A DNA stretch of 63,839 bases, the filler included. It is 5 parts of 5 records of this genome, joined end to end, with 100 filler letters (N's around TTAATTAATTAA, not from the genome) between each part and the next. Parts side by side here need not be neighbours in the genome. Positions count along the whole stretch, not along the records: positions 29,604 to 49,102 come from SRR2962707_3463; 4 more parts are not named here. One strand, written 5' to 3'. A model generated the notes under the pieces. The model saw nothing but the letters and a program-made list of their open reading frames with translations, had not been told where the DNA came from and ran no database searches. Positions 35,514-45,376 of the stretch are shown one piece after another (within the stretch, counting starts at the first letter, position 1; the number at the start of each line of letters is the position of its first letter). The translations under genes were made by a program, and so were the position numbers.

Positions 35514-38129
35514 ATGGAAGAGAATACAGAATTAAATCCGGAAGAAAATAACAGTCAAGAAACCATCACTCGTGTTGGCGGAATGTACAAAGATTGGTTT
35601 TTGGATTATGCTTCGTATGTAATTTTAGAACGTGCAGTGCCAGCTATTGAAGATGGTTTTAAGCCAGTGCAACGTAGAATTATGCATTCTTTAAAAGAAC
35701 TAGATGATGGCCGATACAATAAAGTAGCAAACATTGTAGGGCATACCATGCAGTATCACCCTCATGGAGATGCTAGTATTGGAGATGCCATGGTGCAAAT
35801 TGGTCAAAAAGATTTGCTAATTGATACCCAGGGAAACTGGGGAAATATATTAACGGGAGACAGTGCTGCTGCTTCACGTTATATTGAAGCACGAATTTCT
35901 AAATTCGGATTAGAAGTTGTTTACAGTCCGAAAATCACAGAATGGCAACTTAGTTATGACGGCAGGAAGAAGGAACCGATTAATCTTCCTGTAAAATTTC
36001 CCTTACTGTTAGCTCAGGGAGCAGAAGGAATTGCTGTAGGATTATCAACAAAAGTATTACCGCATAACTTTATAGAGCTTATAGATGCTTCTATAAAACA
36101 CCTAAAAGGAAAGAATTTTACGCTATATCCAGATTTTCCAACTGCTGGAATTATGGATATTACCAATTATAATGATGGTTTAAGAGGAGGGAAGATCCGT
36201 GTGCGTGCTAGGATTTCTCAATACGATAAAAATACACTGACTATAAGTGAAATTCCTTTTGGAACGAATACTTCTAGTTTGATAGATTCAATTTTAAAAG
36301 CAAACGATAAAGGAAAAATCAAAATAAAGAAGATTGAAGATAATACTGCTGCAAATGTTGAGATTTTAGTGCATTTGCCTTCAGGAATTTCTCCAGATAA
36401 AACTATTGATGCTCTGTATGCTTTTACAGCTTGCGAATCTTCTATTTCTCCATTGGCTTGTGTTATTGAAGATAATAAACCACTTTTTATAGGAGTCAGT
36501 GAAATGTTAAAGCGTTCTACCGATAATACGCTTGATTTACTGAAAAAAGAATTAGAGATTCAACTTCATGAACTGGAAGAGCAGTGGCATTTTGCTTCTT
36601 TAGAACGCATCTTTATTGAAAATAGAATTTATCGTGAAATTGAAGAAGAAGAAACTTGGGAAGGTGTAATTAGCGCTATTGACAAAGGACTTCAGCCTCA
36701 TATAAAACATTTGAAACGTACAATTACTGAAGAAGATATTGTTCGTCTTACTGAGATTCGGATTAAACGTATTTCTAAATTTGATATTGATAAAGCCCAA
36801 CAAAAAATAGACGCCTTAGAGGGAGATATCGCTACTGTGAAGCATCACTTAGAGCATTTAGTAGATTTTGCTATTGACTATTTTACAAAACTTAAAACTA
36901 CTTACGGAAAAGGAAGAGAGCGTAAAACCGAGATTCGTATTTTTGACGATATTGAGGCCTCTAAAGTGGTAATTCGGAATACTAAACTTTATCTAAATCG
37001 TAAAGAAGGTTTTGTAGGAACATCTCTGAAGAGAGATGAATATGTATGCGATTGTAGTGATATTGATGATATTATCGTTTTTACTGCTACTGGTAAGATG
37101 ATGGTTACAAAAGTTGACACCAAAACCTTTATTGGAAAAGATATTATTCATGTAGCTGTTTTTAAGAAAAAAGATAAGAGAACTATATATAATCTCATCT
37201 ATAAAGATGGAAAAGGCGGGGCTACGTATGTAAAACGCTTTTTTGTATCGAGTATTACTAGAGATAAGGAGTACGATCTAACAAACGGAAAACCAGGTTC
37301 TTTTGTCCATTATTTCTCTGCAAATCCAAATGGAGAGGCAGAAGTGGTAACTGTTTTCTTACGTCAGGTGGGAAGTATTAAGAAACTTAAATGGGATCTT
37401 GATTTTGCCGATATTATGATTAAAGGTCGAGCTTCTAAAGGAAATATTGTAAGTAAATACGCAGTTAAACGTATCGAACTTAAAGAAAAAGGAGTTTCTA
37501 CTTTAAAACCGCGTAAGATTTGGTTTGATGAAACGGTACAAAGATTAAATGTTGATGGGCGTGGAGAGCTACTCGGAGCTTTTAAAGGGGAAGATAGGTT
37601 GCTTATAATTACTCAAGAAGGAATGGTAAAAACAGTTACTCCAGAATTAACTATGCATTTTGAGAGTAATATTATTGTTTTAGAGAAATGGAATCCTAAA
37701 AAACCTATTTCTGCAATTTATTTTAATGGAGAGCGAGAGCTTTATTATATTAAAAGGTTTGTTATTGAAACTGAAGGAAAAGAAGAATCTTTTATTCCAG
37801 ACAATTCAAATTCGCGTTTGGAAATTGTTTCAACCGATTGGAGGCCTGTTGCCGATATTGAATTTACCAAGGAAAGAGGGAAAGACCGAAAACCTAATTT
37901 GGAAGTAGATATAGAAGAGTTTATTGCTGTAAAAGGAATAAATGCTATCGGGAATCAGCTTACAAAAGATAAGGTAAATCAAATTAATTTACTAGAACCT
38001 TTACCTTTTGACGAACCAGAAGAGCTGCAGCCAGAAGAAATGGAGGTAAATGATGAGGAAGATGTTTCAGAAGAAAATAAATCAAAAACTAAAGATGATG
38101 ATGGTCCAACACTTTTTGATTTTGAATAA
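35514..38129 (+). CDS. parC: DNA topoisomerase IV subunit A
   Basis: DGFKPVQRRI, YHPHGDAS, catalytic AASRYIE, GIAVG; follows parE. Confidence 0.92.
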   Translation: MEENTELNPEENNSQETITRVGGMYKDWFLDYASYVILERAVPAIEDGFKPVQRRIMHSLKELDDGRYNKVANIVGHTMQYHPHGDASIGDAMVQIGQKDLLIDTQGNWGNILTGDSAAASRYIEARISKFGLEVVYSPKITEWQLSYDGRKKEPINLPVKFPLLLAQGAEGIAVGLSTKVLPHNFIELIDASIKHLKGKNFTLYPDFPTAGIMDITNYNDGLRGGKIRVRARISQYDKNTLTISEIPFGTNTSSLIDSILKANDKGKIKIKKIEDNTAANVEILVHLPSGISPDKTIDALYAFTACESSISPLACVIEDNKPLFIGVSEMLKRSTDNTLDLLKKELEIQLHELEEQWHFASLERIFIENRIYREIEEEETWEGVISAIDKGLQPHIKHLKRTITEEDIVRLTEIRIKRISKFDIDKAQQKIDALEGDIATVKHHLEHLVDFAIDYFTKLKTTYGKGRERKTEIRIFDDIEASKVVIRNTKLYLNRKEGFVGTSLKRDEYVCDCSDIDDIIVFTATGKMMVTKVDTKTFIGKDIIHVAVFKKKDKRTIYNLIYKDGKGGATYVKRFFVSSITRDKEYDLTNGKPGSFVHYFSANPNGEAEVVTVFLRQVGSIKKLKWDLDFADIMIKGRASKGNIVSKYAVKRIELKEKGVSTLKPRKIWFDETVQRLNVDGRGELLGAFKGEDRLLIITQEGMVKTVTPELTMHFESNIIVLEKWNPKKPISAIYFNGERELYYIKRFVIETEGKEESFIPDNSNSRLEIVSTDWRPVADIEFTKERGKDRKPNLEVDIEEFIAVKGINAIGNQLTKDKVNQINLLEPLPFDEPEELQPEEMEVNDEEDVSEENKSKTKDDDGPTLFDFE

Positions 38130-38173
38130 ATAACAGTTAAAGGAGTTATTTAAAAAACGATTTACATTTAAAA

Positions 38174-38220
38174 TAAAAAGCCAACAAACTCAAAATAATA
38201 TAGAGTTTGTTGGCTTTTTA
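38174..38220. terminator. Bidirectional intrinsic terminator
   Basis: TAAAAAGCCAACAAACTC...GAGTTTGTTGGCTTTTTA perfect inverted repeat between parC and the convergent MgtC gene. Confidence 0.85.
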
Positions 38221-38249
38221 AGTAGTCTCTTTCTGGACTTTTCAACTTT

Positions 38250-38705
38250 CTACTTTTTCACCTTATTCTCAATATGAGAATCAACATACCCAAAAATTAA
38301 GTTAATTAAAACCACCAAAATACTGAGCACAGCTAATTCTATATAGAGTCCCGTTGCAGCTAAACAGCCAGCAGCGGCACTACACCAAATAGTTGCTGCA
38401 GTAGTTAATCCTTTAATTTTATTTTCTTTTTGGAGAATAACACCTGCTCCCAAAAAACCTATTCCAACTACAACCTGACTAAGAACTCGGGTAGCATCAA
38501 CTCCAAATTGATGCTCATACTGCAAGGAAATTATTACAAAAACAGCAGCGCCAATAGCAACAAGAGTATTGGTTTTAAGTCCGGCGCTTTTTCCTTTATA
38601 CTCTCGTTCCAAGCCTATTAAAAGCCCCGCAATGGTAGCAGCGCTTATCTTTAAAATAAAATCTGTAACCTTTATATTTTCAATAACTGTCTCTATAAAC
38701 ATCAT
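38250..38705 (-). CDS. MgtC/SapB family membrane protein
   Basis: IGLERE...AGLKT, RVLSQVVVGIGFLGAGVI, GLTTAATIW. Confidence 0.92.
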   Translation of the reverse strand: MMFIETVIENIKVTDFILKISAATIAGLLIGLEREYKGKSAGLKTNTLVAIGAAVFVIISLQYEHQFGVDATRVLSQVVVGIGFLGAGVILQKENKIKGLTTAATIWCSAAAGCLAATGLYIELAVLSILVVLINLIFGYVDSHIENKVKK

Positions 38706-38773
38706 ATAACTAAAATTATAAAAAATATTTTTATCTATGTATTTAAGAAAGAAAGTTTTAAAAATAGAAGCGC

Positions 38774-38820
38774 ATAAAAAAGAGTCATATGTATGCTACT
38801 AACAGTAAATATGACTCTTT
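38774..38820 (-). terminator. Intrinsic terminator downstream of the lipoprotein gene
   Basis: AAAGAGTCATAT...ATATGACTCTTT inverted repeat with an A-run on + (T-run on -). Confidence 0.7.
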
Positions 38821-38839
38821 GTGGGATTAAGGATTTATT

Positions 38840-39217
38840 TTACTTTACTTTTTTAGCAACACCCTTTTGCTTATTTTTTTTATCTCCTACAGCAGCATAT
38901 TCAAAAGTGTATGAGTTTTTGCTAGTAGTTAATATTTTCATATGAATAGCTTTTGCGTCGTTCCTAGAAGTTGGATTTATTTTTTTTACAATAAACTCAC
39001 AATCATTAATCCAACGGACAGAGTTGGTATCAATCTCATTCTCAAAATAATCAATTTCAAGAGTATCATTTCTAATAAATCTACTTGTTTTCTCTTCTCC
39101 GTTTATTGTGTAAGTAAATTCAAATTCTCCAGTTTTGAAATCTGCACATTTTTTTTCTTGCTGATAACAAGATGAAAGGAATATTAAGGAGAATAAGGCA
39201 AAAATAGAACGCATCAT
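38840..39217 (-). CDS. Small lipoprotein (conserved Flavobacteriaceae-type hypothetical)
   Basis: Lipobox LSSC after a hydrophobic signal; CADFKTGEF and WINDCE motifs; abuts the stop codon of the XRE gene (operon). Confidence 0.8.
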   Translation of the reverse strand: MMRSIFALFSLIFLSSCYQQEKKCADFKTGEFEFTYTINGEEKTSRFIRNDTLEIDYFENEIDTNSVRWINDCEFIVKKINPTSRNDAKAIHMKILTTSKNSYTFEYAAVGDKKNKQKGVAKKVK

Positions 39218-39643
39218 TTAATCTTTATTTTTATACTCTTCAAAGGTACCGTTTTTATAAAAAACTACGATACGAGCAATTTCATTTTTTTGCTCTTTAT
39301 GTAAAGGAATAGGGAAGTCTTCTATTTTTTCCTGTTTCTCGTTTGTAACTTGATTTGTGTCCTCAGAAGAAAATAAGTCGGAAGTAGAAGAAGTTAAGTT
39401 TTTAGAATTTTCTTCTGTAGGTGGAAAACTTCCTTTTCCATTTAACAACCAATATAACTCTACTTCAGGAAAATTCTCAAGAATTCTCATTATAAAATCC
39501 AAACTAGGATTGTTCCTTCCTGAAAGTAAATGTGAAATAGAAGAGCGTTGAACACCTACTTTATCAGCAAAAGCAGAAGCCGATAAATCGTAAAAATCCA
39601 ATACTTTCTCTAGTCGATTAATAAAATCCTCTTTGTTTACCAT
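39218..39643 (-). CDS. XRE/Cro-CI family helix-turn-helix transcriptional regulator
   Basis: LSASAFADKVGVQRSSISHLLSGRNNPSLDF...WLLNGKG HTH; short C-terminal IARIVVFYKNGTFEEY motif. Confidence 0.92.
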   Translation of the reverse strand: MVNKEDFINRLEKVLDFYDLSASAFADKVGVQRSSISHLLSGRNNPSLDFIMRILENFPEVELYWLLNGKGSFPPTEENSKNLTSSTSDLFSSEDTNQVTNEKQEKIEDFPIPLHKEQKNEIARIVVFYKNGTFEEYKNKD

Positions 39644-39932
39644 TGTAAACTAATATTTAGTACAATTAATAGTTACAAATGTAAACATAACCGTTGACAT
39701 AAGCAAATATAAGCACTATGAAGGCTATTTATTTAATGTTAAACTTCATGTAATTAAGTTTAAATAGCTGAAAATAAATAATTTATATTTATAATTAATA
39801 ATCTGCTGAGTAAATGTCTTTATTATGGTTACAGATGTAACTATTCCTGTTTATAACGTACTAAAGTTTGTTTACAAATGTGTATCATTTCAATTTACAT
39901 TCGTAAACAATTATAATTTTACATTTGTAAAC
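39635..39932. promoter_or_regulatory. Array of six TTAC-N4-GTAA palindromes overlapping two divergent -7 promoter boxes
   Basis: Sites start at 39637, 39673, 39829, 39872 (GTGT variant), 39895 and 39919; TACATTTG -7 boxes at 39920-39927 (+) and 39683-39676 (-). Confidence 0.75.
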
Positions 39933-39945
39933 CTTAAATAACAAT

Positions 39946-41079
39946 ATGGATTTAATAGAAGACTTTACATCAAATTATACAGCATATATCAATCAAAAAA
40001 TTAGAGGTCGGTATGTAACTCATAAAATGATTTCTCCTTTATTAGAAGATTATTCAGAAAAGTTTAATGTTGAACAAATAGGTGTTTCAGTATTAAACAA
40101 CCCTATTCATAAATTAACTATTGGGTCTGGAAAAAATAGAATTTTAATATGGTCTCAGATGCATGGAAATGAATCAACAACTACAAAGGCTTTATTTGAT
40201 TTCCTAAACTATATAGATACCAATATTGATGTTTTAAATTATATCAATGAGAATTTCACGCTTTGTATAATTCCTATTTTAAATCCAGACGGAGCTTTGG
40301 CATACACTCGAATAAATGCTAATGAAATTGATTTAAATAGAGATGCTCAAAATCAATCGCAGCCTGAAAGTAGAATTTTAAGAGTTGTTTTCAATGAGTT
40401 TAAGCCTGATTATTGCTTTAATTTGCATGATCAACGGACTATCTTTAGTGCAGGCAACCATAAGAAATCTGCTACAATATCTTTTTTAACGCCTGCTGAG
40501 GATGAAGAAAGAAAAGTAACACAGAATAGGAAGAGAAGTATGGAAGTTATTGTAGCGATGAATAAAATGCTTCAGAAATATATTCCAAAACAAGTAGGGA
40601 GATACGACGATGGTTTTAATTTGAACTGCGTTGGAGATACATTTCAATCGCTTGGCGTGCCTACTATTTTATTTGAATCTGGTCATTATCCAAACGATTA
40701 TATGCGTGAAGAAACACGTAAATACATAGCTTATTCTTTAATAACTGCTCTCCAATACATTAATCTAACTGAGGTTACAGGGAAGAAACATCATGATTAT
40801 TTCCATATTCCAGAGAATGAAAAGCTCTTTTATGATATAATTTTAAGAAATTTTCCAATTGCTACTAAAGAAGAAACTGAATTTAAGGATGTCGCAATTT
40901 TCTTTAAGGAAACGTTAATAAATGATAAAATTGAGTTTAAGCCGAGTATTGAACATATCGAGAAGCACCTTCATTACTATGGCCATAAAGAATTAGATAT
41001 GAGGAATGTGGGAGTTGACCCTGTGCCTATACATGAATTAAATAATAGTTATTTAACAGATTTGCTAAGAAAAATTTAA
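39946..41079 (+). CDS. M14 family zinc metallopeptidase (no signal peptide)
   Basis: MHGNEST (HxxE), NPDG, RINANEIDLNR, NLHDQ, LFESG. Confidence 0.9.
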   Translation: MDLIEDFTSNYTAYINQKIRGRYVTHKMISPLLEDYSEKFNVEQIGVSVLNNPIHKLTIGSGKNRILIWSQMHGNESTTTKALFDFLNYIDTNIDVLNYINENFTLCIIPILNPDGALAYTRINANEIDLNRDAQNQSQPESRILRVVFNEFKPDYCFNLHDQRTIFSAGNHKKSATISFLTPAEDEERKVTQNRKRSMEVIVAMNKMLQKYIPKQVGRYDDGFNLNCVGDTFQSLGVPTILFESGHYPNDYMREETRKYIAYSLITALQYINLTEVTGKKHHDYFHIPENEKLFYDIILRNFPIATKEETEFKDVAIFFKETLINDKIEFKPSIEHIEKHLHYYGHKELDMRNVGVDPVPIHELNNSYLTDLLRKI

Positions 41080-41178
41080 TAAAATCAGGAAATCGTTAAA
41101 AAAATAATCGGCAAACGATTATGAATAATTCAATTTTTTTTATTTTTTTTGCATATTCTTTAAAGATAATAAAAAACT

Positions 41179-41658
41179 ATGGCAAAATTTAAATTAGACG
41201 AGGTAGATCATCAAATTCTAGATATGTTGATTGATAACACCCGAACTCCTTTTACTGATATAGCAAAGAAATTGCTTATTTCAGCGGGGACTGTTCACGT
41301 TAGAGTTAAAAAAATGGAAGATGCAGGTATTATTAAAGGCTCTTCTTTAACTCTAGATTACGTAAAACTAGGGTATTCATTTATCGCATATGTTGGAATT
41401 TTCTTAGAAAAAACGCATCAAACAAAGTTTGTTTTAGAGCGATTAAATCAGATTCCGTATATAACAGTAGCGCATATTACTACTGGAAAATTCAATATCT
41501 TCTGTAAGATTCGTGCTAAAGATACTAAGCATGCAAAAGATATAATTTTTAAAGTAGATGATATTGATGGAGTTTCTAGAACAGAAACTATGATTTCTCT
41601 AGAAGAAAGTATTAACGATAAGCGTCGATTAATGCATACAATTTTTAACGATTTATAA
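41179..41658 (+). CDS. Lrp/AsnC family transcriptional regulator
   Basis: LDEVDHQILDML...PFTDIAKKLLISAGTVHVRVKKMEDAGII HTH plus C-terminal RAM domain. Confidence 0.93.
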   Translation: MAKFKLDEVDHQILDMLIDNTRTPFTDIAKKLLISAGTVHVRVKKMEDAGIIKGSSLTLDYVKLGYSFIAYVGIFLEKTHQTKFVLERLNQIPYITVAHITTGKFNIFCKIRAKDTKHAKDIIFKVDDIDGVSRTETMISLEESINDKRRLMHTIFNDL

Positions 41659-41683
41659 GATTTCTGTTTTATAACAATAAACT

Positions 41684-41718
41684 AACCCTCTTAAGCCTTT
41701 GTTTTGAGAGGGTTTTTT
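41684..41718 (+). terminator. Intrinsic terminator
   Basis: AACCCTCTTAA...TTGAGAGGGTT followed by a T-run. Confidence 0.75.
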
Positions 41719-41746
41719 GTATTTTTACGTAAAACAGAAAATTTTT

Positions 41747-44335
41747 ATGCTAAGAAAACCAAAGATTGACCGATTTAATGAAAGTGTTTTATCAAGATAT
41801 CAAATCTACAACAGTATTTTTATCACTTTACCATTTGATGAAATAAGTAATACTGGAGTATTATTACCGCTATTTTCTGAAATTTGTGAAAAGGGTTATG
41901 AAGAAAATAAAAACCCTACAGAGATAGTTGGTAATTTTTTTAAAAAATATTACGAAAAACCAACCGATACCGAAAAATTTGATCTTCTTTTTAGATTTAT
42001 TCAATATATAGAAAGGCAAGTTGTGCTTTTTGATGCTATTGAAGATGCTACCTTTCCGGTTGTAAATAATATGGACGGAAGAGGTACGCTTCGGAACATA
42101 AAAGAAGAAGCGGAGGCTAAAAACAAAATGCCAGAGCTTAAAGCCTATTTAGAGCATTTTAAAGTGCGACCAGTATTAACAGCGCATCCTACGCAGTTTT
42201 ACCCAGGTTCTGTATTAGGTATTATAACCGATTTAGCTACCGCAATTAGGGATAACAATTTAAATCTTATTAAAAAGTTACTCGCGCAATTAGGAAAAAC
42301 TCCTTTCTTTAAAAAAGAAAAGCCTACACCTTTTGATGAGGCTGTGAGTTTGATTTGGTATTTGGAAAATGTGTTCTACCAATCTGCTAGTCAGATTTTT
42401 GATTATATCCAAGATAATATTTTTGGAGAAGAGGAATTAAACAACCAAGTATTAAATTTAGGTTTTTGGCCTGGAGGAGATAGGGATGGAAATCCTTTTG
42501 TAACTACAGAAATTACTTTAAAAGTAGCTGATAGACTTCGTAGTACAATTCTTAAAAATTATTATCGTGATGTAAGAAGGTTACGTCGTAGAATTACCTT
42601 TAAATTTGTAGATAAGCTTATTACTGATTTAGAGTCTAAGCTTTATGAAAACATATTTCTACAAAGTGGGAGAACTACCATTACTGCAGAAGAGACTATG
42701 AGTACTCTTTTAGAGATAAGAGAGATTCTGGAAACTAAACATCAGTCGTTGTTTGTAGATGAAATAAATGATTTAATTAATAAAATGAAGCTATTCGGCT
42801 TTCATTTTGCAACCTTAGATATTCGTCAAGATTCAAGAGTACACCACAACGTATTATCAAATATTGTTGAGGAGTCTTTAGAAATGGGACTTGATATTTT
42901 TCCGAAGAATTACAATAAATTATCCGAAGAAAAACAAATCAATGCGCTTAGTAAAATTGTAGGAAAAGTTAATCCTAGTTTGTTTAAACATGAGATGAGC
43001 AGAAACACGCTTGAATCTATTTATGCCATGAAAACCATTCAAAGAAATAATGGGGAAATGGGAAGTAATAGATACATTATTAGTAATAATGGTAGTGTGT
43101 TAAATGTAATGGAGGCGTTTGCTATGATTCGTATGTGCGATTGGGAGCAGCCAACTACCGATGTTGTACCGTTATTTGAAACTGTTGAGGATTTAGAAGA
43201 TGCGCATAATGTTATGGAGACGCTTTATAAGAACAAGGCGTATGCAGAACATTTAAAACGTAGAGGGAATAAGCAAACTATTATGCTTGGTTTCTCTGAT
43301 GGAACAAAAGATGGAGGTTATTTAATGGCTAACTGGGGAATTTACAGAGCTAAAGAAGCCTTATCTGCTATATCTCGTAAATACGGTATTAAAGTTGTCT
43401 TTTTTGATGGTAGAGGAGGACCACCAGCACGTGGAGGAGGTAAAACGCATCAGTTTTATGCTTCATTAGGACCTACAATTGAAAATGAAGAAGTTCAGCT
43501 TACTATCCAAGGTCAGACTATTAGTTCTAATTTTGGAACTCCAGAATCTTGCCAGTATAACTTAGAGCAATTATTAAGTTCTGGGATTGCAAATAATGTT
43601 TTTGCTAATGAAAAAGATAGATTAGGGAAAGAAGATAGGGGTACAATGGATAGATTAGCTAAAATTAGCTATAAAGCATATGTAGATTTTAAAAATCATC
43701 CTAAATTCTTGCCTTATTTAGAGCGTATGAGTACGCTAAAATATTATGCAAAAACAAATATTGGAAGTAGACCTTCAAAAAGAGGAGGGGGCGATAAATT
43801 AGTTTTTTCTGATTTAAGAGCAATTCCTTTTGTAGGAAGTTGGAGTCAGTTAAAACAAAATGTACCAGGATTTTATGGGGTAGGTGTTGCTATTCAGGAA
43901 TTTGTAGACAACAATGAATTTGATAAAGTACAATCGCTATACCAAAACTCTACTTTCTTTAGAACTTTGCTAGAAAATAGTATGATGAGTTTAACGAAGT
44001 CTTTCTTTAAGCTTACTGCCTATATGCAAGATGATAAAGAGTTTGGAGCTTTTTGGAAGATTATACATGAAGAGTATGAAAGAAGTAAGGCTATGCTACT
44101 TAAATTAACAGGATATTCCGAGTTAATGGAAGATACGCGCTCTATGAAAGCTTCAATTCAAGTAAGAGAGAAAATAGTGCTGCCTTTATTAACAATTCAG
44201 CAATTTGCTCTTAGACAAATTCAAGAGTTAAATGCTTCTAAAAAAGAGGTAGATCCAGAGCTTATGGAAACTTATGAGCGTATGGTTACTCGCTCTTTAT
44301 TTGGGAATATAAATGCTGCCAGAAACTCAGCATAA
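41747..44335 (+). CDS. ppc: Phosphoenolpyruvate carboxylase
   Basis: VLTAHPTQ, GGDRDGNP, LDIRQDS, PLFETVEDL, MLGFSDGTKDGG, GRGG..ARGGG, LRAIPFV; start placed at ATG 41747. Confidence 0.96.
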   Translation: MLRKPKIDRFNESVLSRYQIYNSIFITLPFDEISNTGVLLPLFSEICEKGYEENKNPTEIVGNFFKKYYEKPTDTEKFDLLFRFIQYIERQVVLFDAIEDATFPVVNNMDGRGTLRNIKEEAEAKNKMPELKAYLEHFKVRPVLTAHPTQFYPGSVLGIITDLATAIRDNNLNLIKKLLAQLGKTPFFKKEKPTPFDEAVSLIWYLENVFYQSASQIFDYIQDNIFGEEELNNQVLNLGFWPGGDRDGNPFVTTEITLKVADRLRSTILKNYYRDVRRLRRRITFKFVDKLITDLESKLYENIFLQSGRTTITAEETMSTLLEIREILETKHQSLFVDEINDLINKMKLFGFHFATLDIRQDSRVHHNVLSNIVEESLEMGLDIFPKNYNKLSEEKQINALSKIVGKVNPSLFKHEMSRNTLESIYAMKTIQRNNGEMGSNRYIISNNGSVLNVMEAFAMIRMCDWEQPTTDVVPLFETVEDLEDAHNVMETLYKNKAYAEHLKRRGNKQTIMLGFSDGTKDGGYLMANWGIYRAKEALSAISRKYGIKVVFFDGRGGPPARGGGKTHQFYASLGPTIENEEVQLTIQGQTISSNFGTPESCQYNLEQLLSSGIANNVFANEKDRLGKEDRGTMDRLAKISYKAYVDFKNHPKFLPYLERMSTLKYYAKTNIGSRPSKRGGGDKLVFSDLRAIPFVGSWSQLKQNVPGFYGVGVAIQEFVDNNEFDKVQSLYQNSTFFRTLLENSMMSLTKSFFKLTAYMQDDKEFGAFWKIIHEEYERSKAMLLKLTGYSELMEDTRSMKASIQVREKIVLPLLTIQQFALRQIQELNASKKEVDPELMETYERMVTRSLFGNINAARNSA

Positions 44336-44356
44336 GTATTTAAAAATAGGTGCTTT

Positions 44357-44400
44357 AAAGCTGTTAAGTAATCTTTTGTAGATTATTTAACAGCTTTTTT
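44357..44400 (+). terminator. Intrinsic terminator
   Basis: AAAGCTGTTAAGTAATCT...AGATTATTTAACAGCTTTTTT. Confidence 0.8.
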
Positions 44401-44450
44401 CTTATATAAAAGATATCTTTAAAATAGCTATTACTCCAATTTAATTTTAA

Positions 44451-45329
44451 ATGAAAATAAAAACTAGCATTAAAATTTTAAAAGATACTTTTTCTAGATG
44501 GTTGGACTTAGACCCTTTTGCGCAAAGTGCTATTATTGCATACTATACTTTATTTTCTTTACCTTCATTATTATTGATAGTAATTTGGGTGACTAGTATT
44601 TTCTTCGGAAGAGAGGCGGTGCAAGGACATATTACTCAGGAGTTCTCAAGTTTAGTAGGGTATGAGCCAGCAAAAGCCATTGAGGGAATGATAAGTAGTG
44701 CAAGTATTAATAGCAATTCTGCGGTGAATATGATTATAAGTGGAGGGACATTGATTTTTGGGGCAACAGGAGTTTTTTTTCAATTACAAAAAACACTAAA
44801 TACTATTTTTGAGGTTAAGGAAGATAATTCTACTTTTAAGAAAATGGTTATAGATAGGCTTATTTCTTTTGGGATGGTAATGGCTATTGGATTTTTATTG
44901 ATTATCTCTTTAATTGTATCTGCAGGAATTTCAGTGTTTAATAATTACGTTAAAAATTATTATCCAGAAATAGCTTCTCTTATTGTTAGCGGACTTAATT
45001 TTTTAGTTTCATTAGTGGTTATAACAATTTTATTTGGAGCTATTTATAGATTTTTACCTCACAAAAGAATTCGTTGGAAAACAGCTTTAATAGGGGCTTC
45101 CATAACTACATTATTATTTTTATTAGGGAAAACAGTTATAGGAGTTTACTTTGGGCAAGCTGCGCCTGCATCGGTTTATGGTGGTGCAAGTTCAGTGGTA
45201 TTAATTTTACTTTGGGTATACTATACGGGACTTATATTTTTTATGGGAGCTGAATTTACAATGGTGTATTCAGAATATAGAATTAATAAAAAAAAGCCTG
45301 AAACATCAATAGATGATGTTCAGGCGTAA
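44451..45329 (+). CDS. YihY/BrkB family membrane protein
   Basis: SAIIAYYTLFSLP, ATGVFFQLQKTLNTIF, YGGASSVVLILLWVYY...GAEF. Confidence 0.92.
   Translation: MKIKTSIKILKDTFSRWLDLDPFAQSAIIAYYTLFSLPSLLLIVIWVTSIFFGREAVQGHITQEFSSLVGYEPAKAIEGMISSASINSNSAVNMIISGGTLIFGATGVFFQLQKTLNTIFEVKEDNSTFKKMVIDRLISFGMVMAIGFLLIISLIVSAGISVFNNYVKNYYPEIASLIVSGLNFLVSLVVITILFGAIYRFLPHKRIRWKTALIGASITTLLFLLGKTVIGVYFGQAAPASVYGGASSVVLILLWVYYTGLIFFMGAEFTMVYSEYRINKKKPETSIDDVQA
45288..45326 (-). terminator. Probable terminator of the uvrA-LOG transcript, overlapping the YihY 3' end
   Basis: GCCTGAAACATCA...TGATGTTCAGGC hairpin preceded by an A-run on +. Confidence 0.55.
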
Positions 45330-45376
45330 ATTTAATCCCTCATGAACTTATTATAAGAAATTGTTCAACTTCTTTA

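Noticed and set aside
33616-38129. Calling these genes gyrB/gyrA, or a quinolone-resistance allele
   Set aside because: The short B subunit, divergent A subunit and tandem layout fit Bacteroidota topoisomerase IV; the HGDAS motif retains its Ser.
39218-39945. Prophage immunity region, LexA/SOS locus, oriC or dif site
   Set aside because: No phage genes nearby, no S24 peptidase domain, no TTATCCACA DnaA-box cluster and no convincing XerC/XerD site pair.
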